This document shows positions 47,923-55,939 of a DNA stretch of 55,939 bases, one piece after another. The position numbers and the translations under genes were made by a program. Origin of the DNA: an uncultured Candidatus Saccharibacteria bacterium (lineage in GTDB: Bacteria; Patescibacteriota; Dojkabacteria; J137). Numbering within the stretch: position 1 is the stretch's first letter; every line of letters begins with the position of its first letter. The notes under the pieces were generated by a model that saw only the letters and a program-made list of their open reading frames with translations, was not told the origin of the DNA and searched no databases. The stretch covers positions 1 through 55,939 of the forward strand of contig CAZWRA010000002.1 of assembly GCA_964635995.1 (NCBI GenBank), written 5' to 3'.

Positions 47923-48566
47923 ATGAGAAAAAACATTGTTAGATTGCACTTAAAATCACAGCTTTACCTTGTTATTGCTTTTGTAATTTTTTTATTGCAT
48001 CTTTTTTTGAATAGCTTTAAACCACTTGGTAAAGAATATAGTATATTTTATCTTGATGAGGAGTATACGATAGGTGTTCTTTTTACTTCAGCTCTTACGT
48101 TAATTACTGGTCTAGAATTTATTTCTTATGCTGTCAAAAAGTTTATTAAAAAGAATTTAATCATATTCTTGTCTGGTTTTTTCTTTTTAGCTTTATCGAT
48201 AGATGAATTTTTTAGTATTCATGAGACTTTTAACACATATATTAGAGAATCAGTACTTAATATTGAGATAGTAAAGTCATCAGCTGAAGTATCTTGGGTT
48301 TTTAGTCTACTCTTACTAGCACTAATTGTAATCGCTTTACTAATAATGCTTGTTTATAAAGAGAAGGACTTTGAGATAAAAACTCATATAGATTAGGACT
48401 TTTATTCTTTATAGCTGTATTGTCTTCAGAGTTGCTTGGAGGAAGGTTGTATGGAAATCAATTATATACATTTTTTATTGGAATAGAAGAGTTTTTCGAG
48501 ATGGCTGGTATAATTTTCTTCTTTAATGCAATTGTCTTAAAGAATGAATTCAAAGGAAAAAAGTAA
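47923..48566 (+). pseudogene. polytopic membrane protein split by a -1 frameshift in an A5 run
   Basis: The ORF ends at TAG 48394-48396. Adding one A to the run at 48378-48382 gives EIKNSYRLGLLFFIAVLSSELLGGRLYGNQLYTFFIGIEEFFEMAGIIFFFNAIV, running to TAA at 48564-48566 and overlapping the miaA start. Confidence 0.55.
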
Positions 48567-49524
48567 AGTAATAATTGTTTGTGGACCTACTGGTTCTGGT
48601 AAATCTGATCTAGCTTTAAAAGTTGCAAAAAATTTCAATGGTGAACTCATTAATGCTGATTCAAGACAGATTTATAAGTATTTAGATATTGGGACAAATA
48701 AGGACGCAGAAACTCAAAAGTTAAAATTTAAAAATCAAAATTTAGAATCTAAGGTTGAAGATCTTGTTGCTATTCTCAAGTCTGAAGATCCATATTTTTT
48801 AGATAAAATCCCAATACATTTAATTTCATTCTTGAATCCAGATCAAAAATTTGATGTTTTTAGCTATAAGAAATTAGCCGAATCTTATATTGGAAATATA
48901 ATTTCTCGAAAAAAATTACCCATTTTAGTTGGAGGTACAGGTTTATATATAGACTCACTATTGAGAAATTATAAAACTGAAACAAAAAATATTGATCAGA
49001 ATCTCCGAAATGAACTTCAAAATTTTAATGTTACTGACTTACAAGAGAAGCTAAAGAAATTAGATTTAGAAAAGTATAAATTATTAAATGAGAGCGATAT
49101 AAATAATCCAAGAAGGCTTATTAGATCAATAGAGAAAGTAATTCAAGGAGGTGAATATACTGAACAAGAACCTGAATATGAATTTATTCTCATATATCCT
49201 GAATTTAACTGGAATGAACTAGTTACAAAGATAAATAATAGGGTTGAAAAAATGTTTAATGACGGATTAGTTCAGGAGGTTAAAAATGTTTTAGAGCTTG
49301 GATTCAAAGAGGGTTCAGTTGCGCTTCAAGGAATTGGATATAAAGAAGTAATTGAGTTACTGAACAATAAATTAACCTTAGATGAATGTATAGAAAGAGT
49401 AAGAATTTCACATAGACAATACGCTAAAAGACAGAGAACTTGGTTTGAGGGTAAAGATAGAAATTACAACTTAAATTACGTCAACGATCCTTCAATCGTG
49501 TACACAGTCAAGAAACTTCTATAA
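48544..49524 (+). CDS. miaA: tRNA dimethylallyltransferase
   Basis: VCGPTGSGKSDLAL, INADSRQIYKYLDIGTNK, GGTGLYIDSL and HRQYAKRQRTWF. Confidence 0.9.
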   Translation: MNSKEKSKVIIVCGPTGSGKSDLALKVAKNFNGELINADSRQIYKYLDIGTNKDAETQKLKFKNQNLESKVEDLVAILKSEDPYFLDKIPIHLISFLNPDQKFDVFSYKKLAESYIGNIISRKKLPILVGGTGLYIDSLLRNYKTETKNIDQNLRNELQNFNVTDLQEKLKKLDLEKYKLLNESDINNPRRLIRSIEKVIQGGEYTEQEPEYEFILIYPEFNWNELVTKINNRVEKMFNDGLVQEVKNVLELGFKEGSVALQGIGYKEVIELLNNKLTLDECIERVRISHRQYAKRQRTWFEGKDRNYNLNYVNDPSIVYTVKKLL

Positions 49525-49595
49525 ATTTAATTGACGTCAAAAAAAGGTGACTAAACTTATTTTAGTGATATAATTTCCAAAATTAACTAATATCT

Positions 49596-50240
49596 ATGGC
49601 ATTTGATGAAGAAAATTTAAGTGGAACTGGAGAAAGTAAAGAACCTTTTATAGAAGAGAGTGAAGATAGATATCTTCTAACAATTAAAGATATAAGAGAA
49701 TTCTTCGGTACAAGTAGTAATCCTAAAAACCCTTATGATGCTATGTTAATTCTTTTAGATTCAGAACCAGAGGAATTGGTCTCAGGAAGATGGACAAGGT
49801 TATTTGAAGAAGCATATAGAAGAATTGTTGCTGTTACTTCAGATAAAATTAAAGCTGGACTTGCAAGATCAAGCGGTGGTAATAGAGAGGATTATTATTT
49901 TAAGAGAGTGAGGGAACCAATTAATGGTGGTAATGCTCAACATGATTTGGATGATGAAGAAGATCCTACTGATGAAGATTTAGAAATTCTTGAAGAAGAT
50001 GGGCCTTCTCAACTTGAAGTCAGTCTGTTGGCTTTAAAAGAATCTTTAGATTTAAGTAGAGACTTTAATACAGTTAATTCTGTCTCTGAGCCTATTCTTA
50101 CATTAATACAACAGGAGGGCATAGAAGAAGAAATAGAAAAATGTAGAGAATTTCTAAAAACTATTGATGAAGATAAGGTTAATTTTCACTCAAAGAGACA
50201 GGAATACGCAAGAAGAGCATATCTGAACATACAAGATTAA
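49596..50240 (+). CDS. acidic hypothetical protein (214 aa)
   Basis: ORF track. No motif. Confidence 0.45.
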   Translation: MAFDEENLSGTGESKEPFIEESEDRYLLTIKDIREFFGTSSNPKNPYDAMLILLDSEPEELVSGRWTRLFEEAYRRIVAVTSDKIKAGLARSSGGNREDYYFKRVREPINGGNAQHDLDDEEDPTDEDLEILEEDGPSQLEVSLLALKESLDLSRDFNTVNSVSEPILTLIQQEGIEEEIEKCREFLKTIDEDKVNFHSKRQEYARRAYLNIQD

Positions 50241-50367
50241 CAAGAGGTGTGAATGCTGCTAGAGTGAGCTTATCTGAGTTCTACTTTCAAATAGGTAGAT
50301 CGGTTGAAAAGGTTGAGGATAACAATGCCCAAAGACCTAGACGTCAACACCCTAAAGAACAATAAGC

Positions 50368-52353
50368 TTATTTAAACAAACTAAATTTATTAGTCAGTTT
50401 TTTAAGAGTCTCGTTCTCGCCGAATAATCCTATTCCTAAATACTCGATCTCGCTATCTGTTTTCTCGGATAGTATTTTCTCTATTTCTGTATCGTCAGTT
50501 GTTTGGATCATTTCTTTAATAAAACCATGGTACTCTAGTCCGCTTTCTCGAACTTTCTCCATAAAGTTTTGCATTTGACCAGGATCTGCAGTTAAAACAA
50601 TAATTGGATATTGAGTATTTCTCGGATGATTTTTCCCATCTTTAGTTACAAAATGACCTCCGGTTGAGAAATTTTTATTAAGTTTATTTCCTAAATAGGC
50701 TGAGATATGAGCTACAGTATTACTAATCTGCCAATTCTCAAGATCTTTATTAATAACAATTACAATTCTATTTGAAAAATCCTGTTCTATAATAGATTCG
50801 GACATATCTTCTGTTTTAATGTTTTCAAGATCAACTTCAGGATAAATTTTCTTTGTAACTTCACTTACATAGTACTTTAGTTGTGGGAAAGGGACTCCTT
50901 CTCTCGCTGTAACATTTTCTAGGAACCAGAATACTCTCTCACTATGTCCGTATCCAAAAGTTGGAGGCATTCCATACTCAAGCATTTCAACATAATCAAT
51001 ATCTAACCATTGCGCTTCAGAATCTCCAGAATCTCTCATTTTCTGTTGTTCAATAAATCGCTCGTACTGATCTATTGCATCATTAACCTCGCTCCATCCA
51101 TTTCCTAATTCTGAACCTGCAATAATTGGCTGAAATCTTTCAACCATATTTGGATTCTCTTTACTTGGTTTTTGAAGTGGCGAAAGATATTTTGGATGGT
51201 TAATTAAAAATGCTGGTCCTGCGATCGTTTTTCGAACCTGTTTCCAAAGTGTATCTACTCCTCTTGGAACATTAATTGTATTCGGATCAAACTCAATATT
51301 ATTTTTCTCTAGAAGCTTTATAACTTCATCTTTAGATACAGAATAGACATCGTTAATTCCATAACGCTCTTTCATGATTTCATTAAAATCAATTTTCACC
51401 CATTCTTTACTGAAATCAACCTCAAACTCTCTAATTTGAAATACTTTCTGATCTCCGTAAACTGTTTTAATAATATGATTAAACAATTCCTCTATGAATT
51501 TCATTCCATCTTCCCAGTTTGCATATGCCCAATAGAATTCCATAGCTACATGTTCGGGTAGATGTTCATCTGAAAGTCCTTCGTTTCTAAATCTTGCTCC
51601 TATATCGTAAACTTTTTCAAATCCTCCTCCTACAAGTCTTTTTAGAGGTAACTCATGAGAAATTCTTAAATAAAAATTCTCATTAATAGCATTCATATGT
51701 GTTTTAAAAGGAACTGCGTCTCCACCACCTGGAATATGTTCAAGAATAGGAATATTTACCTCGAAAAAACCTCTTGAATTGAAAAAGTCTCTGTGAGCTT
51801 CCCAAAATTTTGCTCTTCTCTCAAACCGTTCTCTTACCTCAGGATGAATAGCCATGTCGATATATCTTCTTCTATATCTTTCTTCTTTATCTTCAATTTC
51901 AGTTGGAAGGGGTCTAATAGATTTTTCAAGTATTCTAACTATTTTAGGAGCCACTGAGATTTCTCCCCTATTCGTTTTAGTTACGTAACCAACTGCTTCT
52001 ATAAAGTCACCTATATCTAGAAGGCTTAGATTTTCAAATCCTAAATTTCCTTCACTTGAATTGGTATATCCTATCTCATCTTTTTTAATATAAAGCTGGA
52101 TAGTTCCTGATGTATCTCTAATATCTATAAAAACAAGTCCTCCATGTTCTCGAAGACTTGTAATTCTTCCAGCAATTATGACTGTCTCGTTTTCAAGATT
52201 ATTAAAATTATCGTGAATATTTTGTGCATCGTGAGACTTATCACAGTTCGAAGGATAAGGATCAAAACCTAAATCTTTTAGTTTATTAAGTTTCTCGATT
52301 CTTATTTTTCTCTGACCTACTAAATCAGAAGACTCTTTACTACTGTTATTCAT
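50368..52353 (-). CDS. lysS: lysine--tRNA ligase (class II) fused to a C-terminal DUF2000-like domain
   Basis: OB-fold anticodon-binding region. Class II core motifs FYLRISHELPLKRL, YDIGARFRNEG and ELGNGWSE. The last ~140 residues (RIVIVINKDLENWQISNTVAHISAYLG ... IEYLGIGLFGENETLKKLTNKFSLF) match my recollection of the DUF2000 pattern. Confidence 0.85.
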   Translation of the reverse strand: MNNSSKESSDLVGQRKIRIEKLNKLKDLGFDPYPSNCDKSHDAQNIHDNFNNLENETVIIAGRITSLREHGGLVFIDIRDTSGTIQLYIKKDEIGYTNSSEGNLGFENLSLLDIGDFIEAVGYVTKTNRGEISVAPKIVRILEKSIRPLPTEIEDKEERYRRRYIDMAIHPEVRERFERRAKFWEAHRDFFNSRGFFEVNIPILEHIPGGGDAVPFKTHMNAINENFYLRISHELPLKRLVGGGFEKVYDIGARFRNEGLSDEHLPEHVAMEFYWAYANWEDGMKFIEELFNHIIKTVYGDQKVFQIREFEVDFSKEWVKIDFNEIMKERYGINDVYSVSKDEVIKLLEKNNIEFDPNTINVPRGVDTLWKQVRKTIAGPAFLINHPKYLSPLQKPSKENPNMVERFQPIIAGSELGNGWSEVNDAIDQYERFIEQQKMRDSGDSEAQWLDIDYVEMLEYGMPPTFGYGHSERVFWFLENVTAREGVPFPQLKYYVSEVTKKIYPEVDLENIKTEDMSESIIEQDFSNRIVIVINKDLENWQISNTVAHISAYLGNKLNKNFSTGGHFVTKDGKNHPRNTQYPIIVLTADPGQMQNFMEKVRESGLEYHGFIKEMIQTTDDTEIEKILSEKTDSEIEYLGIGLFGENETLKKLTNKFSLFK

Positions 52354-52392
52354 ATGTTAATTAATGTGAACTAATACGATGATTATATCAAA

Positions 52393-52854
52393 TCAAACCC
52401 TTAGTTTAACTGGGCTTAGCCTCGAATTTTTCTTTGTAGCACGATCATTTTGAAACATAATTTTAGATGCCCAAATATTATATCTTAGTCCATATTTTCT
52501 TTTATATTTTGCAAGAATCATATGTAAAAGCTGTTTTGTTGTAACATATTTGCCTGGATCGTCAGATTCAAGATATTCATAAAGAGTTACAGATCTAGGT
52601 GCATAAGCGCTATCTTCAAAGTCGTTACTTTCAAAAGAATCTAAGTTTACTACATCGAAAATTTCAGGAAATTTTTGTCTGATTTCAAAATCAGCTTTTT
52701 GCAATAGGCTAAAGATATGAGGTGCCTCAGTTGGATCCGGAAGAGAAAATATTACTTTAAATTCACTATGGTATTTCATGAAATTTACTTTATTTTTACA
52801 TATAAGGTTAAAGCCTCCAATTTCTTGGAGGCTTTTTAAAGAACTTAATATCAC
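52393..52854 (-). CDS. hypothetical protein (start uncertain: 52854 or the internal Met at 52779)
   Basis: ORF track. The first 25 codons contain a strong hairpin (52810-52835). Confidence 0.4.
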   Translation of the reverse strand: MILSSLKSLQEIGGFNLICKNKVNFMKYHSEFKVIFSLPDPTEAPHIFSLLQKADFEIRQKFPEIFDVVNLDSFESNDFEDSAYAPRSVTLYEYLESDDPGKYVTTKQLLHMILAKYKRKYGLRYNIWASKIMFQNDRATKKNSRLSPVKLRV

Positions 52855-53007
52855 AACTATCAGCCTCCGTGCGTTTGAAGATTCTTATTATTTGTACAGA
52901 TAGTTGCGTTTACTTTCATATTCCGCAGATTATACAGAAAAAATTGTGAAAATAAAGTAAATTTTTGTCGATTTTGTCCGATCACTTGTGTAACGTATAA
53001 TTAGGTT

Positions 53008-53661
53008 ATGAAATATTTTAAAACTGATGAAAAAACTATTGATTTTAAGACAGATAAGATAATTGAAGCTTATAATAGCGGTTTTGTTCTAACGCGTATT
53101 GGGAAGGGCTTCGTAATTCAAACACGCTCTCTTCGAGTTAATCTTAATAATTTCGAATTAAATTCGGAAAACAGAAGAATTTTAAGAAAAACTGATGGTC
53201 TTGAGTCTAAGCTTATAAATTTGCCTTATACTGATTATTCATGGGAAATACATAAGTTAGGTAAAGATTATTACACTAGAAAATTCGGTGAAGGCATTAT
53301 GACTGCGAATAAAATAAAGTCTATGTTTAATGATATTGAAAATGAAAACATGACTCATGCTTTTAAATATACATATAAATCTGAAGTTGTTGGGTATACT
53401 CTAATTTATATGAATGAACAGATTATGCATTATGCATACCCTTTTTATAATCTTGATTATGAAACATATAATCTTGGAATGGGAATGATGCTTAGGGCAA
53501 TTACCTATGCAAAAGAAAATAATTTTCAGTACATTTACTTAGGTTCTGTAGTTGAACCGGAGTCAAAGTATAAGCTTCAGTTCGAGGGGTTAGAATGGTG
53601 GGATGAGAATAAGTGGAGTAACGATATAAATAAACTTAAAGAATTACTTTCTAAATCTTAG
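53008..53661 (+). CDS. arginyl/leucyl-tRNA--protein transferase-like (ATE/Bpt family) protein
   Basis: TRSLRVNLNNFELNSENRRILRK and YIYLGSVVEPESKYKLQFEGLEWW resemble the conserved ATE_C/Bpt blocks. The N-terminal Cys motif is absent. Confidence 0.55.
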   Translation: MKYFKTDEKTIDFKTDKIIEAYNSGFVLTRIGKGFVIQTRSLRVNLNNFELNSENRRILRKTDGLESKLINLPYTDYSWEIHKLGKDYYTRKFGEGIMTANKIKSMFNDIENENMTHAFKYTYKSEVVGYTLIYMNEQIMHYAYPFYNLDYETYNLGMGMMLRAITYAKENNFQYIYLGSVVEPESKYKLQFEGLEWWDENKWSNDINKLKELLSKS

Positions 53662-53923
53662 AATAAATTAATAAGACTAGGAAGATAAGTCCTAGTAATA
53701 TTAAGATTACTACGATATTGAATAGGAATAAGTTTGAAAGAACTAAAGTATTAATTAATATTGCAACTAGATCTATTATCCAATCTCTAAACCCGCTTGA
53801 AATCATGAAAAGAGCAAGTATTACAACAGCTCCTCCGACAAGATAAAGGCATCCGTTAAGGTTAAGTGGCTTATCTGAACTGCTTGAAATCTTTCTTTTT
53901 GGTCTTTGAAATTTTTGTGCCAT
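53651..53923 (-). CDS. small membrane protein (90 aa)
   Basis: Two hydrophobic helices. No family recognised. Confidence 0.4.
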   Translation of the reverse strand: MAQKFQRPKRKISSSSDKPLNLNGCLYLVGGAVVILALFMISSGFRDWIIDLVAILINTLVLSNLFLFNIVVILILLGLIFLVLLIYSKI

Positions 53924-54154
53924 TTAATTTAATTCGTTTATGACTGATTCTAAATGACTAATCATTTCTGTAAAGAATTCACCCTTAATTCCATGTATTT
54001 CAGCGCCATCCGCTAACGTATCGAACTCTGCTATTACACAGTTTACACAATATAAACCATATTCATAAGTAAGAACAGGGGCAATTTCTGGAAATTCCAT
54101 TAGTAGGTCATTAATATTTTTGTGTATATCGATTTTTTTAATGTTTTTTTCCAT
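53924..54154 (-). CDS. DUF1858 / hybrid-cluster-protein-associated redox disulfide domain protein
   Basis: LLMEFPEIAPVLTYEYGLYCVNCVIAEFDTLADGAEIHGI matches the DUF1858 CxxC pattern. Confidence 0.6.
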   Translation of the reverse strand: MEKNIKKIDIHKNINDLLMEFPEIAPVLTYEYGLYCVNCVIAEFDTLADGAEIHGIKGEFFTEMISHLESVINELN

Positions 54155-54202
54155 AAATAATTATACCTGAATATTGAAGCATGGCTTTTATATTTTAGTT
54201 TT

Positions 54203-55840
54203 TCAAAGTATAATTACAAACGTACATTCAAATAGTTTTTTTGCAAATGCCGAGGTGGTGGAATTGGTAGACACGCTGGTCTTAGGAACCAGTGGGAGTA
54301 ATCCTTTGCAGGTTCGATTCCTGTCCTCGGTACCAGATGGGACATTACCATCTGAAATTGTTTCAATATCATTGTAGAACTGAGCTAATGCCTTGGTTGT
54401 AACTCTCCCATTTTCGAGAATTAGACCTTGTGGGAAAAGTACCTCATTTAGTCTATGCTTAGCCCTTACAGATAGAGATATCCAGTATTTAGGTAAAAGT
54501 TGTAAGAAATTTATAGAATAATTAACACATTCTTCTGCATCATATAAATCAATATTGGTTTCAGAAAGTGATACTTTCTTAACTGCAATCTCATGTAAAA
54601 CTGGTTTAGATTTTTCTTTAAACTTTTCAACAGAATAAACATCTGTTTCGACTAATTCTTCAAGCTTCTTTAATCTAAGTTCAAGCTCACTTAACTCACC
54701 TTTAAAATGTTTCTGTATTTCTTCTTTCTCATGCAGTTTCTTTAAATAAACTTTAGTAACAGCTTCCTTGTATAGCTCGACTAATTCATTTGATGGTGTA
54801 ATTCGTTCTAATAGATCGCAAAATGAAGTTTCAGCATCAGCTTTCTTGATTTTATCTCTCTCCTTACATTCTGGTCTTCTGCATGCGTAGTAACCAAATA
54901 CTCCTTTTTGCTTAGACCATGCACCAGTCATAAACTTATTACAGCTAGGGCATCTAATTGCTTTATTCAGTTGAAATTCTGGGTTATATCCTAAATGCTT
55001 AACTTGATTTCCATTATTCTATTTAGCTAAGATTGCCTGAACTGCATAAAATTCATCTAAACTAACCATAGGTTTATGTTGTCCTTTTTCTTCAATTCCA
55101 AAACTATCAACAAACAATAATCCAGCATAGAATTTGTTGTAGAAGATTTTAGAGACAGACTGAGCTATTAATTTATTCCCATGCCTATTTTTCAATCCTT
55201 TTTTATGAAAAAACTCTAAAATATCTTTTGATCTATAGCGACCAGTCAGCATCATTTTCCATCCTTCTTTCACAATTTCAAATTTTGCTGGATCTGGAAT
55301 ATCAGGTTTAGCACCACTTCCTTTAAAGTTAAGATCTTTCATATATCCAAGTGGAGAATCATAAACCCAAATACCTTGTCTTAACTTAGCCTTAATACCA
55401 TTAATACATCTTTCAGTTCTGACTTCGTTATCAAATTGAGCTATAGTTGCGAGCATATTCTCTGTTAATCTTCCTGCTGGAGTGTCTGATGTCTATTCTG
55501 TCATTGAGATCAATTTAACCCCACTACGGCTTAATATAGCCTTAATTAAATAGTGGTTTTCAACTGAACGAGAAAATCTATCAAACTTAAATACTAGAAA
55601 ATATGTAATGTCATTTTTCTTTAAACCACAGTAATTCAATGCTTCTTTTAAAATTGTCCTATCTGCCAGTTCTGCCGACTCTCCTTCTTCTCTAAATTCT
55701 GTAACAAACTCTAAGCCCCTTCGCTCACAATATTCTTTACCTTTTTTTAATTGGTCAGCAAGATTTGTATTATCAATTTGTCTATCAGATGAAACTCTTG
55801 TGTAAATTACTGCTTTTGGTTTGTTCATTTTAATAATCAT
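54203..55840 (-). pseudogene. large serine recombinase (element 2 integrase): one continuous frame with two in-frame TAG codons
   Basis: The three ORF-track pieces are all in the same frame. The resolvase domain has the catalytic motif AVIYTRVSSDRQ. TAG at 55493-55495 sits within LISMTE*TSDTPAGRL. TAG at 55019-55021 sits in AILAK*NNGNQ before the zinc ribbon CPSC...YYACRRPEC. The coiled coil follows. The frame below 54336 is antisense to tRNA-Leu. Confidence 0.8.
54249..54335 (+). tRNA. tRNA-Leu (anticodon UAG), class II, CCA encoded
   Basis: Acceptor GCCGAGG/CCTCGGT, so the terminal pair is G1-U72. Anticodon stem CTGGT/ACCAG with loop CTTAGGA. Long variable arm. T-loop TTCGATT. Confidence 0.85.
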
Positions 55841-55939
55841 AAAAATTAAAACAGAAAAGGGACTACCTGGTGCTTATCAATCTTTTTATGTAAACTAAAG
55901 GAAGATAATCCCCACTTTTGCGGTCGAAATTGCTTGCAA
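54336..55939. mobile_element. left end of integrated element 2 at the 3' end of tRNA-Leu (continues beyond the window)
   Basis: Same tRNA-then-convergent-LSR arrangement as at tRNA-Ser. Confidence 0.45.

Noticed and set aside
50183-50367. 61-codon open frame overlapping the end of the 49596-50240 gene and continuing to 50367
   Set aside because: There is no start codon, no homopolymer or obvious lesion to link it to the upstream gene, and no recognisable motif. It may be chance or a decayed C-terminus, and I have insufficient evidence to decide.
54203-54335. C-terminal ~45 residues of the tRNA-Leu recombinase ORF, and likewise the last 11 residues of the tRNA-Ser recombinase ORF at 22001-22033
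   Set aside because: They are the antisense translation of G+C-rich tRNA sequence, which simply lacks stop codons. The true C-termini cannot be fixed from sequence alone.
1-55939. Alternative genetic code with TGA as sense (code 4 or 25), suggested by low G+C and the in-frame TGA in the GIY-YIG gene
   Set aside because: Long confident genes (clpC at 824 aa, the 1736-aa ORF, lysS, gltX) contain no in-frame TGA. TGA also ends confident genes at ATGA-type overlaps (1706-1708, 3423-3425) and at 2867-2869. The single TGA is better explained as a nonsense mutation.
1-55939. CRISPR arrays, rRNA genes, reverse transcriptase/DGR or retron-like repeats
   Set aside because: I found no regularly spaced direct repeats, no rRNA-like conserved stretches and no RT motifs (such as YxDD) in any frame I read. 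The absence is by eye only.

Overview
This is an AT-rich, tightly packed bacterial chromosome segment that uses the standard genetic code: TAA, TAG and TGA each terminate confident genes, and the long genes contain no internal TGA. The gene content resembles a small-genome, Patescibacteria/CPR-like or Firmicutes-like organism, but that is inference only. The backbone is housekeeping: rmuC, tag, clpC, gltX, rlmI-like, obg, prmC, hpf, rnhA, pgk, serS, glyQS behind a T-box leader, miaA, lysS, tRNA-Ser(GCU) and tRNA-Leu(UAG). Four things stand out. (1) Both tRNA genes are abutted, 3' end to 3' end, by large serine recombinase (LSR) genes whose reading frames run antisense into the tRNA. At tRNA-Ser there appears to be a stack of two elements: a newer one at about 22.0-25.3 kb, then a displaced tRNA-Ser 3' fragment with the C-terminal relic of an older recombinase. 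Beyond that lies a graveyard of broken cargo: two IS remnants, a GIY-YIG gene, a DUF11 surface protein and a truncated ABC ATPase joined at a 40-bp perfect palindrome. (2) The LSR at tRNA-Leu is one continuous roughly 500-codon frame interrupted only by two TAG codons, and the DUF11 gene is also interrupted only by TAG. (3) The window has an unusually high density of single-lesion genes, with four homopolymer frameshifts and seven in-frame stops, including in core genes. (4) Notable architectures include a 1736-aa membrane-anchored protein combining GH5-like, SGNH, M23-like and SLT-like motifs; a CIRCE-like operator in front of clpC plus two unknown genes; a LysRS-DUF2000 fusion; and a sigma factor fused to a transmembrane tail. 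I saw no CRISPR array, rRNA or reverse transcriptase. I could not identify a complete novel multi-gene system with confidence, and the candidates are listed with their limits.
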